DNA of 64,000 nucleotides from Chthoniobacterales bacterium (GTDB taxonomy: Bacteria; Verrucomicrobiota; Verrucomicrobiia; Chthoniobacterales; Chthoniobacteraceae): the NCBI GenBank assembly GCA_038207335.1, contig JBBQZX010000007.1, positions 64,001-128,000 of the forward strand. The letters run 5' to 3'. Positions 60,779-64,000 of this stretch are shown in pieces. Under the pieces are notes generated by a model, which worked only from the letters and a program-made list of their open reading frames with translations, was not told the origin of the DNA and did no database searches. The translations under genes were made by a program, and so were the position numbers. How positions within the stretch are numbered: the first letter of the stretch is position 1; each line of letters starts with the position of its first letter.

Positions 60779-63700
60779 GTGAACTCCCTTCAAACTCTTT
60801 TCGCCGTCTGCGCCGTGAGCTGGGGGCTCCTCGCGCCGGGCAGCGCGGTGGAACTCATCAGCGCGGATTCCGTTTCCGGCCAGTCCGCCAAAGGCGCGAG
60901 CACTGAGCCGGCGCTGAGCAGCGACGGGCGCTTCGTGGTTTTCGCTTCGCTGGCCAGACTCACGCCGGATGACACAAATACGGTCAGCGATGTGTATTTA
61001 AAGGATCGGCTGACGGGGAAGCTCGAACGCATCTCCGATGAGCGGGGCGGCGATCAACCCATCCTGAGCGGCACCGGTCGCAAAGTCGTCTTCCGTGCAC
61101 TCGATGCCTTTCCAAAACTACGCCTGGTCGATCGCGAATTCGACCCCGCGCCGCGGACCATTTCGTTTCCCTTCGGCGGCGGGCGCTCGTTCCGTTACTC
61201 GGATTCGGCAGTGATCACACCCGATGGCCGGTACGTGGCGTTTACCTTCCGCCCCATTCCGGGCTTCTCGAATTCCTCGGAAACGCAGCTCTGTCTGGAC
61301 GATACGACGGAGCCGGATCGCAATAATCTTGGGAACATTTCCATCACGGACGGGAACAACGCCAGCTTTCTCCTGCACACCCTCGGCCGCAGTGCGATGG
61401 ATGCCGCCGCGACGTTCTTTTTCATCGAGACGGACGAAGGATTGGCCGGCTTCGATACGAACGGAGCGACCGATATTTATCGAATCGAAAGCAACGGCAA
61501 TTTTCTGCGGGTCAGTGCGGCGTCGGATGGACTGCCCAATTCGGTCGGCGAGGAGGCGGGCAAGGGCGCGCACGATCCTGCGCTGAGCGGCGATGCGACA
61601 AAGCTCTTCTTTATTTCCGACCGGCAGCTTCGCGCGGCGGATACCGATGGCGGGCCGACGATCTACCGCAGCACTTCCAATGATAACTTCAACGTCCCCG
61701 AGCCCATCCTCCCGGACGTGCGGCCGCTGGCACTCTCGCGGCAGGCGACGGGGAACGGCGACTATCTCGTTTTCCTGGGGCAACCGAAGAGGGGTTCCGT
61801 CCGGCCCTACCTGCTGAATGTGAATTCAGGGGCGCTCACCGAACTCGCTGCAAGCGCGCCCGAAGCCGGCGGTGCACCGGCGATCTCGGCGGATAATCAC
61901 ACCATCGCTTTTGTCACCAAGGCAGCCATCGCGACGTCGCCCGCGACCGACCGAAACCGCGGGGAAGATGTGGCGGTGATCGAGAACCCGGAACTCGCGC
62001 AAATCCCGACGCCCTTCGTGACGCTGACGGCACCCGCGGATGGGACAGTCATCACCACCTCGCAAACGGCCACTCTCGGCGCCAGCTCGACCAGTCCCGG
62101 CGGCGCGGTCATCCTGACTGCAGTCGAAGTGGACGGCTTCATCTTCAACTCTCGAAATGGCACCAGCGTGCCGACGGGAAATTTTGCCCTCGGCGTCGGC
62201 ATTCACAAACTCCGCGCGCTGTCGTTTACCCGCGATGGGTTGGTCGCCCAGACTGCGCTGCAGACGCTTATCGTCCGGCAGGCTTCCGCCGTCGGCCTGA
62301 CGGGTCTGAATTCACTGACGCAAAACCGGCGCGCTGACGGTTCGGTGGATTTCGCGGCCAGCGTGCGCGTGGACAATGCGATCGCCTCCTCGCGCGACGT
62401 GCGGGTGCATTTCATCGAGACAACGCCAGGCGCAAAATGGGAGCTTTTCGGCAACGCGCCCGACGATGGAGATAATCGCATTCTCGAAACCTTCACGCAA
62501 ACGCTGGCGGCCAACGGCTCGGCGAACGCCGTGATTTCCAGCAACGTGGGAGCCACGCAGGTTATTCCCGATCCGAACGGCAATTTTCAAGGCGTCGGAC
62601 GGCGCGTGGTGGCACGCCTTCAGGTAAATAACGGGGGCTCATTCGTCGATGTCGGCAACCTTTTCACCGTGCTCGAAGTATTCCCCCTGCTGGATGAAAA
62701 TACGCCCGGGCCCAACGGCGGCATTCCAGTGCTGAACGGGCCGAATGTGGCGCCTTTTAATCCGGTGACGCTCCAATCGTTGCAGATCGTCGGCAGCACT
62801 TCGGTGCCGGAATTGACGAAAGCGACCTATCGCGCCAACGCCGTCTTCAATACCGAAACCAAAGCATGCACGCCCGTCTGGTCGGTGGTGAATGGCGGCA
62901 CGTTTGCCACGATTTCGTCGAGCGGGCTGCTGACGCTCGGCAATGTCCCGTCCGCGCGCACCTTTCAAGTCAAGGCGGCGTTTGGCGGCCTGGAAACCCT
63001 CCAGAACGTGACCGTGCAACCCGTCTCGCCGGTTGTTTCCGTAGTCGCTGCGGACAAAAAAGCCGCCGAGGTCGCCGGATCCGGAAAGGTCAATCGCGGG
63101 GCATTCAAACTCGTGCGAACGCCAGCTCAAAGCTCTGCGCTGACGGTCCATTACACCATTTCCGGCACGGCGACGCCGGGTGCCGACTACGGGACGTTGA
63201 GCGGAACCGCGACTTTTCCGGCCTCGGTCGGGTCAGTGGTCCTGCCCGTGAATGTGCTCGACGACTCTTTTTTTGAAGGCAACGAAACCGTGATCGTGAC
63301 CCTCGCGTCTTCCGAAGATTACCGACTCGGGAAGGCGTCCGCCGCGACGGTGACGATCAGCGATGACGAACCGGTGCCGGTCGGGTTGCCCGACGCGATC
63401 ATCAAGCGCGGACAGGCCGTCGGCACGCTCATCTTTAGCAACGACAGCTCGCAACAGCAGTCGGTCATCGCGAAAGGCGTGCGCAACGTGGCGGCAACAT
63501 TCACCGTGCAGTTCGACAACCGCAGCGGTACCGATGCGCAGTACACAATCACCGGGGCGGGCGATTTTCTCGGGTTCAGCGTGCAGTATTTGAACGGGAA
63601 GACGGACGTGACCACGGATGTCGTCGCGGGGAATTTCAGCGCGGCCATTTCCGCCGGGAAAACCGCCAATCTCACCGTAAAAATCACGCCGTCGGATGAC

Positions 63701-63799
63701 ACACCGCTCAAAGCGGTCATGCGTTGCCCGATCACCGCGCAGGACCGCACGACGGGGTTTCAAGACGCCGTCGAAGCAGTCATCCAGCGGATCCGATAG
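60779..63799 (+). CDS. Large secreted/surface protein: TolB/PD40-like propeller, Ig-like and Calx-beta domains
   Basis: Signal peptide from the GTG at 60779; PALSSDGRFVVFAS..LT.DDTN..SDVY repeats; VTLTAPADG; ISGTATPGADY, DD...EGNETV.VTL, ATVTISDD. Confidence 0.85.
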   Translation: MNSLQTLFAVCAVSWGLLAPGSAVELISADSVSGQSAKGASTEPALSSDGRFVVFASLARLTPDDTNTVSDVYLKDRLTGKLERISDERGGDQPILSGTGRKVVFRALDAFPKLRLVDREFDPAPRTISFPFGGGRSFRYSDSAVITPDGRYVAFTFRPIPGFSNSSETQLCLDDTTEPDRNNLGNISITDGNNASFLLHTLGRSAMDAAATFFFIETDEGLAGFDTNGATDIYRIESNGNFLRVSAASDGLPNSVGEEAGKGAHDPALSGDATKLFFISDRQLRAADTDGGPTIYRSTSNDNFNVPEPILPDVRPLALSRQATGNGDYLVFLGQPKRGSVRPYLLNVNSGALTELAASAPEAGGAPAISADNHTIAFVTKAAIATSPATDRNRGEDVAVIENPELAQIPTPFVTLTAPADGTVITTSQTATLGASSTSPGGAVILTAVEVDGFIFNSRNGTSVPTGNFALGVGIHKLRALSFTRDGLVAQTALQTLIVRQASAVGLTGLNSLTQNRRADGSVDFAASVRVDNAIASSRDVRVHFIETTPGAKWELFGNAPDDGDNRILETFTQTLAANGSANAVISSNVGATQVIPDPNGNFQGVGRRVVARLQVNNGGSFVDVGNLFTVLEVFPLLDENTPGPNGGIPVLNGPNVAPFNPVTLQSLQIVGSTSVPELTKATYRANAVFNTETKACTPVWSVVNGGTFATISSSGLLTLGNVPSARTFQVKAAFGGLETLQNVTVQPVSPVVSVVAADKKAAEVAGSGKVNRGAFKLVRTPAQSSALTVHYTISGTATPGADYGTLSGTATFPASVGSVVLPVNVLDDSFFEGNETVIVTLASSEDYRLGKASAATVTISDDEPVPVGLPDAIIKRGQAVGTLIFSNDSSQQQSVIAKGVRNVAATFTVQFDNRSGTDAQYTITGAGDFLGFSVQYLNGKTDVTTDVVAGNFSAAISAGKTANLTVKITPSDDTPLKAVMRCPITAQDRTTGFQDAVEAVIQRIR

Positions 63800-64000
63800 T
63801 CGTTCGGCATCGGATCGTACCGGCCACCGATCCGAGAAGCCCGTGCTCCTCCGGCCCGGGAAGCTGGGCTAGAATGGGCCGGCCCGCGCCCACGCGATGA
63901 AAGGCTGACGCGGTGCCGACACTCAGCCCGGAGAGCGGCAGCGTGCCGGCGACTAACGCCGGGGCGATGCGGGTTTCGAGCGGTTCTACGATCGAGGAGC
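63780..64000 (-). pseudogene. Short or truncated ORF with a LEPR-XLL-like leader motif (start outside the window)
   Basis: Minus-strand frame reads SSIVEPLETRIAPALVAGTLPLSGL... and stops at 63780-63782. Confidence 0.4.

Noticed and set aside
60594..60782. LCRECH (HNH- or heme-like motif) in a short + frame
   Set aside because: The frame is bounded by a stop at 60591 and has no supporting motif or export signal; probably chance
63810..63835. TCGGATCG/CGATCCGA hairpin as a terminator
   Set aside because: No U-tract and a 10-nt loop; insufficient support

Overview
GC-rich bacterial chromosomal DNA, most likely Verrucomicrobiota (Chthoniobacterales-like). This is inferred from gene order, the IxEPLExRIAPA leader motif and the RFYR-type C-terminal domain; no rRNA, tRNA or CRISPR array was seen. 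The left third is mostly housekeeping: ilvC, mqnD, an ABC exporter, recG, an HtrA protease, coaB, pepF, dgt, proB and a PLD/cardiolipin synthase. It also holds a four-gene islet in which a polysaccharide deacetylase faces an ATP-grasp ligase + comA phosphosulfolactate synthase + histidine phosphatase operon, possibly a sulfonate-decoration pathway. The middle carries a tandem-GlcG heme-binding protein divergent from a beta-barrel, metH, DUF5069 and a large astacin protease. From 53991 to 33519 on the minus strand runs a 21-gene respiratory cluster: alternative complex III (actABCDEFG), a cbb3-derived module, an A-family oxidase and its assembly factors, preceded by a perfect Rex/CRP-type palindrome. 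The CcoN homologue in that module has lost all six metal-ligand histidines while its CcoO/CcoP-like cytochromes are intact, which suggests a pseudo-enzyme scaffold linking ACIII to the aa3 oxidase. Subunit I of that oxidase lacks the K-channel lysine. The right end has an ArnT-like glycosyltransferase, pyruvate carboxylase, an orphan integron-like gene cassette and a large surface protein. All family assignments come from motifs recognised by eye, not from database searches.
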